Shown here: piece by piece, positions 36,801 through 50,861 of the stretch
Layout of the letters: every line of letters begins with the position of its first letter
How positions within the stretch are numbered: the stretch's first letter is position 1
Source of the DNA: Podarcis gaigeae
Taxonomy: Eukaryota
DNA: 64,000 bases
Direction: 5' to 3' (one strand)
Assembly (NCBI GenBank): GCA_964106915.2
Contig: OZ066918.1
Made by a program: the position numbers and the translations under genes
Notes under the pieces: model-generated
Told to the model about the DNA's origin: nothing
The model's input: the letters and a program-made list of their open reading frames with translations, nothing else
The model's database searches: none

Positions 36801-38763
36801 AGAGGTTTTTATTTATTTATTGGTATGAGAGATACAGAACCAAACAATGTAAACTAAAAATCCTGGCTCAGAGGAAGGGTAGATAGAAAAGAGTGAACAA
36901 TAGGACCTTCAGCACATGATTGAAATATTAATATGTAAGTCTTCATTACTAGGTTTTGCATGCAAATAGAACTCCCCCCCCCCCTATGGATTAAAATCTA
37001 TTTTTCTTTACATTGTGTTCATTAAAATGCACACCCAAAAATTCATTTTGAACAACTTAAACATTGTGCACCTACTCCTTTACACAGAATTAATTGAGGC
37101 CAGCTCTTTTGTCCAGTGTAATGTACAGTCTATATTAGATTGATAAGACAGGAGGGGAGAGGAGCGGTCATGGGCTAAAAAAAGAGCAATGAGAATGGGT
37201 AGAGTCTACTTAAGGCTAAGTTGATTACATCTGTCATGCTACAGTGAGATGAGAGAGAGAGAGAGGGAAGGAGAGAGAGAATCGGTTATGAACTTGTCGC
37301 CATGCAGCCAAATGTGAGCCTAAAGATTTATTTATTTTTTGGAGAAATTATTACTAATGAAGTAAATTTTCATTTCAGTAATTTCTTCCCAGAGATAGAA
37401 CACAAATTAACAGCAACACTCCCCTTGATACCAATGCAGTAATTTTGAACACTATGTATGCCAATAATTGGCTATATGATTGCTCATTTCATTGCTGTGC
37501 TTTTCACTATGGATCAGCTTGTAAAGTGACTTTTAATGTCATTTGTGTCTAAAGTTGAACTGCTTTAGACTGGATTTTAGCGTGTAGGAAATGAGTCAAC
37601 ATTTACTACCACAAATGGCACCAATTAACACTTTAAAATATATATCCCATTGCTCATGCATGTCTCATAAATGGGGCCTGCATGCGTGTTTTAACTATAC
37701 TACAACCAGGATTAAACCAAGGCACAAGCCCTTAGCAACCCTTTACATCAATTTCAATTACAACAAGAATGAATTTGTTCACAGCAGGAAAGGAAAATAT
37801 TTTGGGGGGTAGCTGCTTCTTGTTCTGCTTCCCACTCTCCCATTCACTCTTCCTTCCAATGGCTGCAGTTCTTTTCTATTATCATGGTTTTATTATCCAG
37901 AGTTGTCTAAGGTGTATGATATAGATGGGGAGGGGAAATGCTTATGCCCCTCCATGGCTTTTGGAGAATACAGCCTCTTCTCCCTGGGCGAGAAATTTGT
38001 TGACCAATTTGCATATAGGGGGTGGTAGAAAAATAGCTGAAATTCTTAGAGAAGGTTGGGGTGGAGAAAATGCCACTTCCACAGCAGGAGCCCCGCTACC
38101 CCAATGTTTCTGCCTCCCTCGTATTTTGGGGAATACAATGAAGATCTCTTTATTGACTTGCGCAGGGAGAGGCACAGGTCAATGAAAAACACACACAGTT
38201 GTTAATGCCTCTCCCAAATCACTGTGATTGGTGTGCCCTGCTGAAATAATTCACTATGATTAACAGCTAGATCTGTCAGTCAAAATGAAAGACGTTGTGT
38301 ACCATCTCCCATCTTCAGGTCTGAGTATTCCCCAGTCAAATTTTGTTTTTCAAGCAAAAAAATCTGATTGTGTGCTTTTAGAGAGCTGGAGCCACTCAGA
38401 ATCTTAGGGAGTTTTTGATCAGCCTCAAGATGCCCTTTAATGGTGCAACATAAATAAGAGAACCTTTCCTGAATCACTCCAAATTGCGTCATATTTTAGG
38501 GTACACACAGAGCTGCTGCACATCCTTGGAAATTGTGCACCCATCGGAGGGATCAGATTTTGCTCAAAGACAGCCAGGTTTGGATGCTTACAGTAGAACT
38601 GCAGCTAAGCCTTGATGATCTGTCCTGCCTAGTTATCCTGTTTCTGCATCTGCCTTCCTGTGATATCAACCGGGCATTTCTCAACTACATTTTTTAAAAA
38701 CTTTACGCAATTTGTTTAATGGATTTTTTTGCCATCTCTAATCATTTACCTTCCCTATTGCAG

Positions 38764-38878
38764 GGAGCCAGGGCACAATGCTGAACTCACTGTCAACTCG
38801 TGTGACTTCTAGGATGTCTTGCCTGACTAGTTAAATCTACACAAACTCTTCTGTAGCAGTGTGCCGGTCGGTCTGTAG
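38764..38878 (+). other. Candidate non-coding exon (115 nt)
   Basis: ctctaat branch point, ccttccctattgcag acceptor and TAG|gtgagt donor; stops in all three frames. Confidence 0.35.
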
Positions 38879-39559
38879 GTGAGTAACACTAATGTTAAGT
38901 CAAATATCTAATTATGTGCATTTGCTCTTTTGACCATTCAGATAAACTACAGAGTCATGAGATTTGGAAGGAACTAAAAAAGTCATCTACAGCTACAGCA
39001 TTCCTGATAGGTGGCCATCGAGCTTCCTCTGCTTAGTATTTCGCTATGGTTGTTCCCACAAATAATAGAAGAGACTTCTAATTATTTAAATAATCCCAGG
39101 TTGTTCGACTACAAAATGGGCTGTCTGAATCCATACACACTGCTGTCTTGATTCTGAAGACCTGTACTAACAGGGCTTCATTAGCAAAGGCTTCATGTCA
39201 GAAAGAATCACCAACACATTGTTGAAGCAACCAAGACATCTTGTGAACTTCCTGACCCTGGTAGTCAATAAGATTCTTTTATGTGGAGTTCTAATATGCA
39301 AACCATTAGAGCTAATGAAAGAGTTCTTGACCTGGCTGATGTTGAGGGTCAGCAGAAGTTTACAGACACCTTTGCCTGACATTCTTATCATGCCAGGCAG
39401 CTTGGGAGTGTTTCGTTTGCTTTTCACAGGCTGGGTAGTAATAAAATTGAGTGGAGTGCTCCTAAATCTATACAGGAATAAGATTTCAGTCTTCTTGGAG
39501 TCTGGTCCATCTTCTGCTGCACTCACTGGGTTGAGTAGATACATGCATTCTGCTGGAAA

Positions 39560-39690
39560 CTGCAGGAGGGGAGGCTGTTGTTCTCAGGTCCCACTTGTAG
39601 GCATCCCATAGGAATCTGGTCAGCCACTGTGAGAAGAGGATGCTGCACCTGATGAGCCATGGGTCTGATCCCACTAGTTTTTCTTCTTTC
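39560..39690 (+). mobile_element. Old CR1 3' UTR remnant; further remnants near 32070-32170 and 49175-49370
   Basis: ctggtcagccactgtgagaagaggatgctg..., similar to 10480-10558. Confidence 0.5.
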
Positions 39691-40146
39691 ACTATCTTGT
39701 GATTTATGAATAGTCAGAGGAATGTGTTTGGTTGAACTCTCTGCATTCAAAATACCTGTAACCAAAAGGACACTTGTGTTTCCATTTCTTATACAAGGAT
39801 CATGCCCTTGTGAGTAAAATCTGAAGCACAAAGCAAGTCTTAGGGTTTAAGATGAACAGCTGAGATGGTAACCAATGTGTGGTAAAGATACCATAGGAGG
39901 GTTTATGTGTTTGTGTGTATGGTGAATGACTGCTTGATTGCTTTGATAAATCCACAGATAACAAAAATATAAATGTTCCTCCGGCTTCTGTCCAGATCCT
40001 TCCCTGCATTACCCACCTCCTTGCTCAATATAAAACCAAGGGCCAGAGACATGTTACAGTTGTCATGGAAATGTTGCCAAAAATGTTTTCTCCATGGTAA
40101 GTCATACCCACAAGATTGTGGGGATCAGCCATTGATTTGATATGAT

Positions 40147-40487
40147 ATGATAGCCATGTTCAAATATATAAAAGGATGTCACATAGAGGAGGGAGAAAGG
40201 TTGTTTTCTGCTGCTCCAGAGAAGCGGACACAGCGCAATGGATCCAAACTACAAGAAAGAAGATTCCACCTAAACATTAGGAAGAACTTCCTGACAGTAA
40301 GAGCTGTTCGACAGTGGAATTTGCTGCCAAGGCGTGTGGTGGAGTCTCCTTCTTTGGAGGTCTTTAAGCAGAGGCTTGACAACCATATGTCAGGAGTGCT
40401 CTGATGGTGTTTCCTGCTTGGCAGGGGGTTGGACTCGATGGCCCTTGTGGTCTCTTCCAACTCTATGATTCTATGATTCTATGATTT
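40147..40487 (+). mobile_element. Young CR1 LINE 3' fragment
   Basis: MIAMFKYIKGCH...RKNFLTVRAVRQWN.LP..VVESPSLEVFKQRLD and an (attctatg)n tail. Confidence 0.93.
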
Positions 40488-42129
40488 TCCATGCTTCCGC
40501 TTCATCCATGAGCCCTGCCAGAAAGAGCTTGACTATCAAAACTGGACAGCCAAGCTCCATGTGGCAATTGTCTTTAAACACTTGTAGACTGACATGGAAT
40601 CACCTGCATGGCTGCCATACAACTGTATTGTGTGCTCCAAACCTTATGCCAGCATTGCTGGCCACATCAGTACAGGGACCGGTAAACAGATTTGCACAGC
40701 CAACCTATGTGTGGAACCTGGGGTTGTTTTAGGGAATGTGACTGTCTCTTCACAGACCCTTTGTTCATGAGTAGCCTTGCTATGTGATAATCTGTGAAAA
40801 CACTCAGAAGGGGAATAACTCTTCTGAGAAAGGCATGGGAAGAATGCAACTGTGTAGTGAAAATTGTGATTATCTTGGGGACTCCTTGTCATGAGCCATT
40901 GTGGCAGTCTCTGTAATAGCTAGACAAGCCTCCAGCTTCTGTGGTATCACTGATTGTTTAGATTAGTCCTGTGATTAGCTTGTCAGTCTTACAGAAAGCC
41001 TGAGTTGTGTGTAGGCAGTGTTAAATAGGTCTTGATCGTTCAAGGTAAAAACAGATTTCAATTTCTGGCAACTAAATCTTGTCTTAACTTTCTGATATTT
41101 ATAAAACTAGTTACATCTCTAAGAATAAACACACAGCAAATTAAGTGAGCACTTGTCTAGAGTCAAAGACATTTTTTCAACCAAAGGAAGATCAGCTGCC
41201 TGACTTCCTGAAGGTATTGTGTAAAAAAAAAGGGGGGGTCATTGTTCTTGTGAATTTGAACTCTCGACACTTTAGTTTACTGGAAGGAGAAAAACTTGCT
41301 TAACTAGGCTTCTAGGTTAGGTTTCTAGGTATAACCTTGCTGAATTTTCCTATTGTCCTGGTCTTTCTGGTGAGACAGCAAAAATGCATTCACATGGTAA
41401 TGAGACAATCAGGTGTAGAAAGAAAATGTTATCACTATCGTTCAATAAGACCTGTTGCAAGGTTAATAAATTCCACAGGCTAAAGGGACCATCAAAGTCA
41501 GAACAAAGTATAAGGGCAGTGAAGCAGTTTCTACAGATGATGCTTCATTTGTGGATGGCAGGACCTAGATAGAAAGCAGCAAGTTGAGGATGAACATGAA
41601 CAATTCATGGATTGCACACTTTTGTGCTACAAATGGGTTAGCGTGTACACAGCCTATGACCAGAACATGATGTTGGTTTCCAAATGCTTTAGCCATTCTC
41701 CCGAAGCTGTGTTTTAATTTGGCATTGCATGAGCCCACATCCTCTAGGCAGTTACACTGATGGAATTAAAATGAAAACAAAATGCAGATGACATCTCATT
41801 AGGTGCCACAAATGTTTCCAGTTGTTGTTTTATGAATGCTGAAGGAATGAAATTAAAGGTATGCCACAGAGTTAGGAAAATCAAAACACTTCAGCGCTTT
41901 GTTATCCCCTTAAGGCAATGTAGCTCTTATTAGTGTAATAGAAACCTTCATGTGTGTGCCAGCTTTTCAGTGTATTAACATTCTGAAAAAACACTGCAGA
42001 CACAACTCTGAGTGCTAATGTATCTGCTAATGTATTTACCTGATGAAATTTGCAACTGTGACAGGTGCTGTGTAGTTTAACAGCATACTATCTTCTGATT
42101 AAGAGACAAGGGAAGAAGAGTTGCTTATA

Positions 42130-42344
42130 CTGTGGTACCTCTGGTTACGAACTTAATTCGTTCATGAGGTCCGTTCTTAACCTGAAACCGTTCTTAACCT
42201 GAGGTACCACTTTAGCTAATGGGGCCTCCTGCTGCCGCCGCACGATTTCTGTTCTCATCCTGGGGCAAAGTTCTTAACCCGAGGTACTACTTCCGAGTTA
42301 GTGGAGTCTGTAACCCGAAGTGTTTGTAACCTGAACTACCACTG
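42130..42344 (+). mobile_element. pogo/Tigger-like MITE
   Basis: TA-flanked, with the same body as 23281-23511. Confidence 0.85.
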
Positions 42345-44501
42345 TACGGGACAGAGAACTTCTTTAGGTCTGTGAAAGGGCTTCTGTTGGAATTAGTACT
42401 GTCAGAGAGCCACTCTGTGCATGAATAGTGGGGCTGGTGATGGACCAAAGCACTTTCTGACCTTCTAAAAATGGGACATTTCCACAACTGTTTTCTTTGC
42501 TTGCCCAAGGCTACTATGTTGCCCCTTCTCCACTGTGCCATAAACTTCAGTACGTTTTTCTAGCTCTCCACTTCTGATCTCAGCTGGCAACCCTGGGACT
42601 AGGTGAAACCTTATTGAGAGAGCAGATTTGACTCAAGGGGTTATTTCTGATGATATTTTTTTACAAAAAATCACATGGGCTAAGAAAGGCTATGGAGTGC
42701 TCCACCTAGGAGTGTATGACAATGAGAAACAGCAATGGTAAAAAGATGGCAAGCATTTTAATGGTGGATGCATTCCGGAACTTAGCTTTGTGGCATGTAG
42801 TTCGTGGCGACATTTCAGATTGTGAATACCTCTGAAATTTTCATTCCACAAACCCTTGGTAGTGCCATCTTAAAATCTCCACTTTGTCAGCAGTGAGTTG
42901 ATTCAGAAAGGGACTTCTGAAATAAATCACTCAAACACCATTACGGATTTGATGGATGAAGCTGACACAATAACAATGCAAATTCTCATCTTACTGAAGC
43001 AAGCATATTTCAAGTGATGGCACTTGACAAAAAGAAACCCTGCACTTCCTCTAACCATCAGAGATATAAACATAAGAAGTTTTCACAGTTTATTCTTCTT
43101 TATCTTAACCATCATCATAATCATCATCCTCATCCAAAATAGCTATATTTCCGCATCTATTTTTATTCCCCTGTTGAAAGAAACAATGGAAGGTGGAAGT
43201 GCAAGAGCCACAAGTGCTTCTTAAAGTCTATTTTGCAAAATTACATTACTACCAAGATTTGAAAATGGTACTGAAATTGATTTTTTTTAGAGTTTTATGT
43301 TCAGATGAACAGGTTGCTGAAGATTTGTATTGCAGGTAATGATTAAAGCACGTTATTTTACAACTTTTTTTATCAGCCACATTATGTTAATCATGCTGTA
43401 TTCCATTTTTCAATAAAAGGTCAACAGTGCACTGTTTGTTCAGAATATGCAATTTAAACTTCATGTCTGTCATTAGAGATAATCTAGGCTTGCTGTATCA
43501 AGTGGGGTTGTCATAGTAACTAGACCCGAGATCTCTGTTTACAGCCTTTGGAGAATAAACATTTTGCCTTTTTTTTCTTGGGGGAAAAAAAAGTCAAACA
43601 ATTAAATAAGGTTTGGAAACAAAACCATAATAGCCCAGAAAGAGAGACGTCATTCGTCAAAAATCAATATATGTGATGCAGTTGGTACAAGTCGAAGCAT
43701 TCATGCAATTGACTGACAGCTATAGTGAAATATTTCCCCTGGGATGAAGGAAGTAACTGATAATGTATCACAATGCCTGGAAGCAGAATTCATTTAGCTT
43801 GGCTAATGGGTTTTGTTCCAGCTATTATAACACTGAAGAATATTTGCTTAAATTTCATTTAATGCTAGATAAAGGGTTTAAAAATGTTAAAAACATTGGT
43901 CGTTCATAAAAGCACAAAGAGATTTTACTCTTGTTTTCTGTGAGACTCTTTGCCTTCCTGCTGAAGATCATTCAGAGAGCATTCATATTTAACACTGGCT
44001 TTGCATTTTTAAAATTCTTTTCTGCTGGGCTTTTGTGTGTGTGTTTGCATGCTCCCACTTGCCCACAAATGTAGGAATAATCTTTGGCCATTTCTGGTAA
44101 CATGCACTAACACATTGTGGCACCGCGGCCGAGTTGTCTGACATCTGATTTCAAATACTCAAATTGGCCAGAGTGCCTGTACTCAAGGGTAGAATTCATT
44201 TTGCTAGAGATGTATCAAAACATTACCTCTCCAGTCCAAACAAGGACAAAGAGCAGTCACACTGCCACTGAGCATGTCCAGAGTGTATCCCTTGCTGATT
44301 CATCTGAATCCAGAACAATGAGAGTTGGCAATTAATCTAGATTCTGACTAGGAGACAAAGTTGGCTAATGGTGGGCATTGGATACTAGCCTCATTTGGTA
44401 GTTAAGCTGCCAAGATTCTTTGAGTTAACCTACTAACCATTGTAGTCCTTCCTTAGCTCCAGTAACATGCAAAAACCTTCCGCTCATATGGTTTGGTTGT
44501 A

Positions 44502-44743
44502 CAGTGGTACCTCGGGTTAAGTACTTAATTCGTTCCGGAGGTCCGTTCTTAACCTGAAACTGTTCTTAACCTGAAGCACCACTTTAGCTAATGGGGCCTC
44601 CCACTGCCACTGCGCCGCCGGAGCACGATTTCTGTTCTCATCCTGAAGCAAAGTTCTTAACCTGAGGTACTATTTCTGGGTTAGCGGAGTCTGTAACCTG
44701 AAGCGTATGTAACCTGAAGCATATGTAACCCGAGGTACCACTG
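44502..44743 (+). mobile_element. pogo/Tigger-like MITE, least diverged copy in the window
   Basis: TA|cagtggtacctcgggtta...taacccgaggtaccactg|TA with perfect 18-bp TIRs. Confidence 0.92.
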
Positions 44744-47089
44744 TATTGTGTTGTTACAATCCACCATTAAGAGTCAATAGGCACTTACACAATTAGTCAC
44801 CACAGCAAAAGTGGGGTGAGAAGGCAGATTATTGTCTATAATCCTATGCATACCTACTCAAATCATATAAGTCCCACTGAGATCAATTACACTTACTCCC
44901 AGGTAAGTGCATATATGTTTACAGCAGCGTCAGATTTAGGGTGGTTCAAGCAGCTCCCCTGCACAGGACGCCGAGCTGAGGGAGTGCAAAATAATTAAAA
45001 TAATTTTAAAAACCTAAAATGAACAAACAAAACAAAACAAAAAACAATTTATACGGGTACCTACTGAGAAGTTCCATTAAGAATGCAACTGTACCAAAAG
45101 GAATTCTTGTGAAAACAAGTAAGAAAGAAAACTGGGGGGTGCACTGAATTTTGTCCTTGCTCAGAGCGTTATATTACTGAAGTCCACCCCTGTTTGAAGC
45201 CTTCGAGGACACTCAGAAGCAAGCCTGATTGAGTTCAGTTGGGATTTCTGCTAGGGAAGGGGGCATAGGGTTACACTCTGAGGCTATCCCAGACCTGCTT
45301 GTCAGCTTCTGAGTATACACGCATAGTAGGAATGGGGAATCTGAGTAACTTTGGCTCCCATCACCCCTGGCTGCTGGCAGTGCTGGCAGAGGCTGATGGG
45401 AGTTGGAGGCAACAAGACCAGGAGGGCCACAGGTTCACCATCAGGGCTGCACTGCTAGTCATTTTCTTCAACTCCTGCTGCCATTGCAACATACCAAGTG
45501 GTTTGCCAGCAGCCACACTGCTTTGAGATACATGATAAGCTGTAGAGGGAAGAGCACTGGTCCCTCACAAACCTGTCAGAGACACTAGCATCCATTCTGG
45601 TGCAGCAATGTGGCCGGGATATCTGAGAATCTAATGGGGGTGTAAATGCAGCTTCCTTATAGCTTAGCAGAAGATGTTGGGAGAGGGCAAGTGGTATCAT
45701 GGTAAAATTTACATCAAAATGAAGTTCCTGAAGAAATCCTAGCTCTCTGCTGGTAAGGCTGGGGGGCAGGAAGGGGGCACAGAAGGCTGTGTACACTAAT
45801 GTTGCCATTCAAGTTTGTAAAGCACTCCTCACTCACATCTGTGCTTCCTCAATGAATAATTAAGAGGAACAGTTGCTGCCAAAACCACAAATGTGCGCTG
45901 CTAATGTGCTTGCACCGCACTGCCTCAGCTGGGAGTTTCCTGAGCTTTGGAAGGTGTGCATATACAATCCAATAAAGATGACTGGTTGATTTTCTACATG
46001 CAATTTAGCTTCTTTCCCTAAAGGAGAATATCTTCCATGCTCTGATCTGTTTGCGCAAGAGCACAAAGTTGCCCCCTAATTATCTGCTCTATTTGTAGTG
46101 CTTGACCTTGACTGTATTTATAATGCAGGGTGTGTGTGGGGTGTGTGTGTGTGTTGAATCTGGAAATCAGGTACAGGCTTGTGAAGCTGTTGGTCTGTAT
46201 TTTTATGAAAATGGGTAAAGCAAACTGAGGGTCTTTACCTTCACACTAGTTTTATTTTGCTTTGGTTATTAGATTGCCCTGCATTGCTTTGACATTGTAT
46301 TTTATAAATATGTTGATAATAAATGCCACAGGTCAACTAATTTTTTTTAACCCTCACAACATGAATTCATTTAGTTATGAGTTATGTCTGTCGTCTTATT
46401 TTTCTGCAATGGAAAATAAATTATTCAGCCTCACAACAGCCTTGTGAGGTTGGTGATGGCTGATAATGATGTCTACTGGCTATCTGATGGGTTTTATAAT
46501 GAGTTGGGGGGTTAAACGTGCAGTTCTCACTTGCAAGTCCCAAAACCTCTGAGGGACACAAACAGCTGCCTTGCACCATCATAAGATCCCAGCTTTCCAG
46601 GTAGCATGAAAGAAATTCCCTGGAACTTCCTGGGCTTTTCTGAGAAACACAACTCTGTAATGATTCTACAATCCAAATCACTTTTTAGGAATTGGGAGAA
46701 AGGAAGCTGTCTACAAATTTATCTAGGCTGTATCTGAAGTGAACCAGGCAGCACATTCAGCTCTGAAGACTGGCTCAGAGACAAGCTGAATTTCAACCAC
46801 AGATCTCCAAAGCTCAGACCCTGAACCCGCCTTGAACAGAGGACTCACCCTGGAACACACAAATGGATGATAAAGAAAAGAGGTATCCAAGTGTGTGTGA
46901 AGCATTACTCCTTCACAGCAGCGTAACCACCTTTGGTTCCTACCAGGTATGGGGGAGAAAGTCAGTTCAGGTTGCATTTAAAGGAAAACTTACCTAGTTC
47001 ACACTTTCTGAAACAATACGTGAACCAAAACACAGACAACCTTCAAAATTTGTACTTACCTGAATTTTGCAATGCAGCTCCTGGTCAAG

Positions 47090-47296
47090 TGTTGTGTACA
47101 AAACTGCATACACTACAGAATTCCCACTAGAGAGAGACCCCATAAATGTGAATGATGTGGGAGAAGCTTCAACTGGAAGCCAAACCTTATTGCACATCAA
47201 AGATTCCACACAGGCATGAAACCATATAAATACCCCAGGGGTGAAAAGAGCTTCTGTCAGACCTCCAAAGTTGCCAGAAGTCAAAGTATGCAATAA
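47090..47296 (+). pseudogene. Decayed C2H2 (Kruppel-type) zinc-finger gene remnant
   Basis: From 47111 it reads [51 protein letters not shown]: one nearly complete finger with HTGEKPY-like linkers and an in-frame stop. Confidence 0.8.
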
Positions 47297-48679
47297 TTAA
47301 TTAATTATATCACCCTGTATCAAGAGATCTCAGTGTGCATATATTCATGAAAATAATATACAAAAAGCATTATATTAGGGAAAATCGCCTTGGAAAAATC
47401 TGTAAATCTGTCTGTCTCTCAAAATGACATGGAAATGTGGAGAATAGAAACATGAGAAACTGGAATAAACTGAAATTGACATATTTCCCCATTCCTAGTT
47501 CCAACACATTTGAAATAAAAGGCCTTTGGATTCACCTTGTTGGGTTTTTTTTTGAAATTAACCATTGGTGACAAGGCTCTTTCTTTTTCAATAAAAGCCT
47601 GGACCTGAGCTGAGCTACTGGCCAAGATGAACACGTGAAGCCAAAAAAAAGGAGCAACCAGAAAGGCTGAGAGTATATAAGTGTGTTTAGCTAGTTGTAG
47701 AAATCAGGTCATAACTAGGAACAAAAGGGTGGTAAAGGCTCAGCATTGATCAAAGTTATTAAATGCCTCAGGCGTTGTTTTAATATGGCATGCTCTCCGC
47801 AAAGAACTGCAGGGGGTGGCTAGGGATGCAGCTAGCATGCTTTAACTTCTCATTTACTTTCCTAAGTATCTGGCAGCATTATAAGGAGCTGTATTGCTGA
47901 AAGACTGGAATGTGCAGGAGGAGAGGGCAAATGTAGGTGGCTTCCCCAGGGTTTCTCATCAGAGAGGACAAGGAAAGTTGAATCTCTGCAGGTAGCTTGA
48001 GCTTTGCCAGAGAAGAAGCTCTTATGATAACAGTGGTGTTAAACGGTGAGGTTTTTTCTTTCTTTTGGGGGTGGAATGGAAAATGTGAATAGAGTAAGTG
48101 CAGTTGACTTTCTTCTAATGGAATTGTAAGATGCTGTTCATTTTTACAGCACCCGAAGGCACTCTTAATCTGTTGCACAATTTAATGTAATGTTTTGTTG
48201 TTTGGGCTTTTAAAAAGTAGACCCTTCTCACTGAAGGATGCTCATCCACCCAGAGCATCTCAGCCAAAGCTTAAAGAGCACAATAAAGAAGCATCACACA
48301 ATCCTGTCACCTTTCAAATCCATCAGCAGCACTTAGCAGGCATATGTGTCAAGTGTTGTCTAGCTGGCTAGGCTTGGAGATCAGAGTTGTTGCTTTTATT
48401 CAGCAACTCCCATCATTGATGGATGTGTAGACAAAGGAATCAGAAATGTGAAAAGAGTGCTGCTGGAGCAATGTTGTGTTTTAGTACATTCAACAGCAGG
48501 AAACATCAGCTTGTTAGAAAACCACTAAAATTTGGATGTCCTCTATATCGTTGTTGGGCAGCAGTACCTGAGGATCTTTCCAGCTTCGTTGTCTTCAAAC
48601 CAGTAGCATTCCTTAAGCGGCTAGGCACTTACTGAGTCTGCAGAACTAGAGCAGTATCCTCCCTGCCAACATATGTATA

Positions 48680-48931
48680 CAGTCGTACCTTGGTTGTCGA
48701 ACCCCCTGGAACTCAGACGTTTTGGCTCCCGAATGCTGTAAACCCGGAAGTGATTGTTCCAGTTTGCGAATGTTCTTTTGGAAGTCGCACGTCCGATGGA
48801 AACTTCTACGGTTTCTGATTGGAAGCAGGAGCTTTCTGCAGCCAATCAGAAGCTGTGATTTGGTTTTTGAATGTTTCAGAAGTCAAACAGACTTCTGGAA
48901 CAGATTCCATTCAACTTCCAAGGTACGACTG
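48680..48931. mobile_element. pogo/Tigger-like MITE, second subfamily
   Basis: TA|cagtcgtaccttgg...ccaaggtacgactg|TA. Confidence 0.85.
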
Positions 48932-49740
48932 TATTTAAATTACTATTGAATTATTAAGCTTGATTCACCCACCAGTAACTGTGTTGTAAGAGTAAAAACA
49001 ATCCAGACACATTTTTAGAGTGACTAATTTAAAGCAATTTTGTTTTAAGATAAAAAATAAATGAAACAAATGGTAATGCTAGCTTTAAGGGTTACTTTAC
49101 ATAAAACCTATTTGGCTAATGTTGCTTTAAATAAAAATAGTTACTATACCAGGTAGCTGTTGCTTTAAAAGGGCACAGGAAGAGCATTTGGCCAGCAGCC
49201 TGTTTCCCCAGAGACCAACCAGATGCCTATGGGAAGCTTGCAAGAAGGACCCTGGAGTGCAATAGCACTCTTCCCTCCTGTGGTGTCCAGCATGTGGCAT
49301 TAAAGAGGATACCACCTCTGACAGTGGGGGTAGAACATGGTCATCAGGGTTTAATAGCCACTGATAAGGTTCAGTTCTCCCCCCTATCCAGAACCAATTG
49401 CCCATTACCCAGCTTGTGCCATTCCACCCCAGTTAACTACCACCAATCCAAGCAATGAGGACTATACCCAAAGTCTTCTAGTTGGCCACTTGCCTCTGGA
49501 GCAGAGGTTGCCACCTTTGTTCTGGAAAAATACAGGGCAGGGCAGGGTGGTTGGGGGAGATTTATTGCCATCTGGTGCTGAAGTGCCCCTCTGGAATTTG
49601 TCACACACATACGCATGTGTGCACACGCATACACATACACATGAATTTGTAAATCTGTTTGTGCTTGGATACCCAAAACTTAAATACATGACCTTTCACA
49701 CAGCCTTTCAAAGACATGCATTTGGTGAGCATCCCTAATA

Positions 49741-49778
<38 letters not shown>
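49741..49778. repeat. (TG)n(AG)n compound microsatellite
   Basis: Seen directly in the sequence. Confidence 0.9.
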
Positions 49779-50861
49779 GGGGGGGGACCTGAAATACAGG
49801 AAAAATTTGTACTATACAGGACAGGTGGAACCCTAAGAGACAACCCAGATTCCGGAGACTTCCGGAGGCGGCGCGAAGGGTAATGGCAGCCCTTTCCTAA
49901 CCGGGAAGGGAGCTCCGCTCGAAAACGGGTCGTCCGCTACGGCAAAGCGGAGACCCACAACGGAAAACCGCAGGCGGCAGAAGCCTGCGGTCCTGGGACC
50001 CGGCGGGCACCAGGAGCGGCCCCCAAAACGTTGAAGGAACCCCGTAAGGGGCTCCGGATCGTGGAGGAGGCTGCGGCGCTGAGGGTCGTTCCGCAATCGG
50101 CGGAGTGAAGCCGCGTAGCTGTTGCCGGTGAGCGCTGACCTTTCTTCCTTGATTTGGCACTTTGGAAAGCAGCAACCCGTGAGTAATAAGGACTTTTAAA
50201 CAATTTAAATATTAAAAGCTGCAGAATTTGGCTGAAAGCGGAGGACGGAAAAAAAGGAAGTCCGTCTTCCGCTGTCACTAAACTTCAAAGCAAAGAGCTG
50301 GAGGAGTGGAGGCAGTAAGTGAACTTTTAACAAATTGGATCTGAGCATTCATTGAACTTTCTTTTTAATGCAGAAAAGGACTGTAAGCATTGGATTTATG
50401 TTTTGATTTGGATTGTGGAATCTTCCTCTGTTGAATTTACAATTTAAAGAAGAAACCCAGGTGCTGGAACTGCCTGGCAACAGTAGCAGTCAGCTTGCAG
50501 ACTTAAATACTTTGAAACATAAATTGGGGAAAAATCTGAGGGGTTTGGACTTTGTTACTTTGAAACACCATTTGAAGCACCAGCAAGCACTGCTTGAGAC
50601 ATTGTGTTTTTGTAATACCAACTCTGCTGAAAACCTAACATTTGAAGGTTTTTGGACATTAACTTTATTTTCTCTGTGAATTGCACTAATTGATTCCTTC
50701 CTGAAAGACATTTTAAGTTCCCCCTAGAGGCTTTTGGACTTTACAGCAGTGACATTGTTTTACTTTCTATTTCCCGACCTCCTGGCTGACTGTTACCATC
50801 TGGGCCGTCTTTTTCTCATGGGAACAACTCAGCTTGACCTTGACTTTTAGATAAACTTGGA

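Noticed and set aside
39167-39611. Overlapping 138-aa and 125-aa ORFs
   Set aside because: No recognisable motif or convincing splice boundaries; the 3' end runs into a CR1 remnant.
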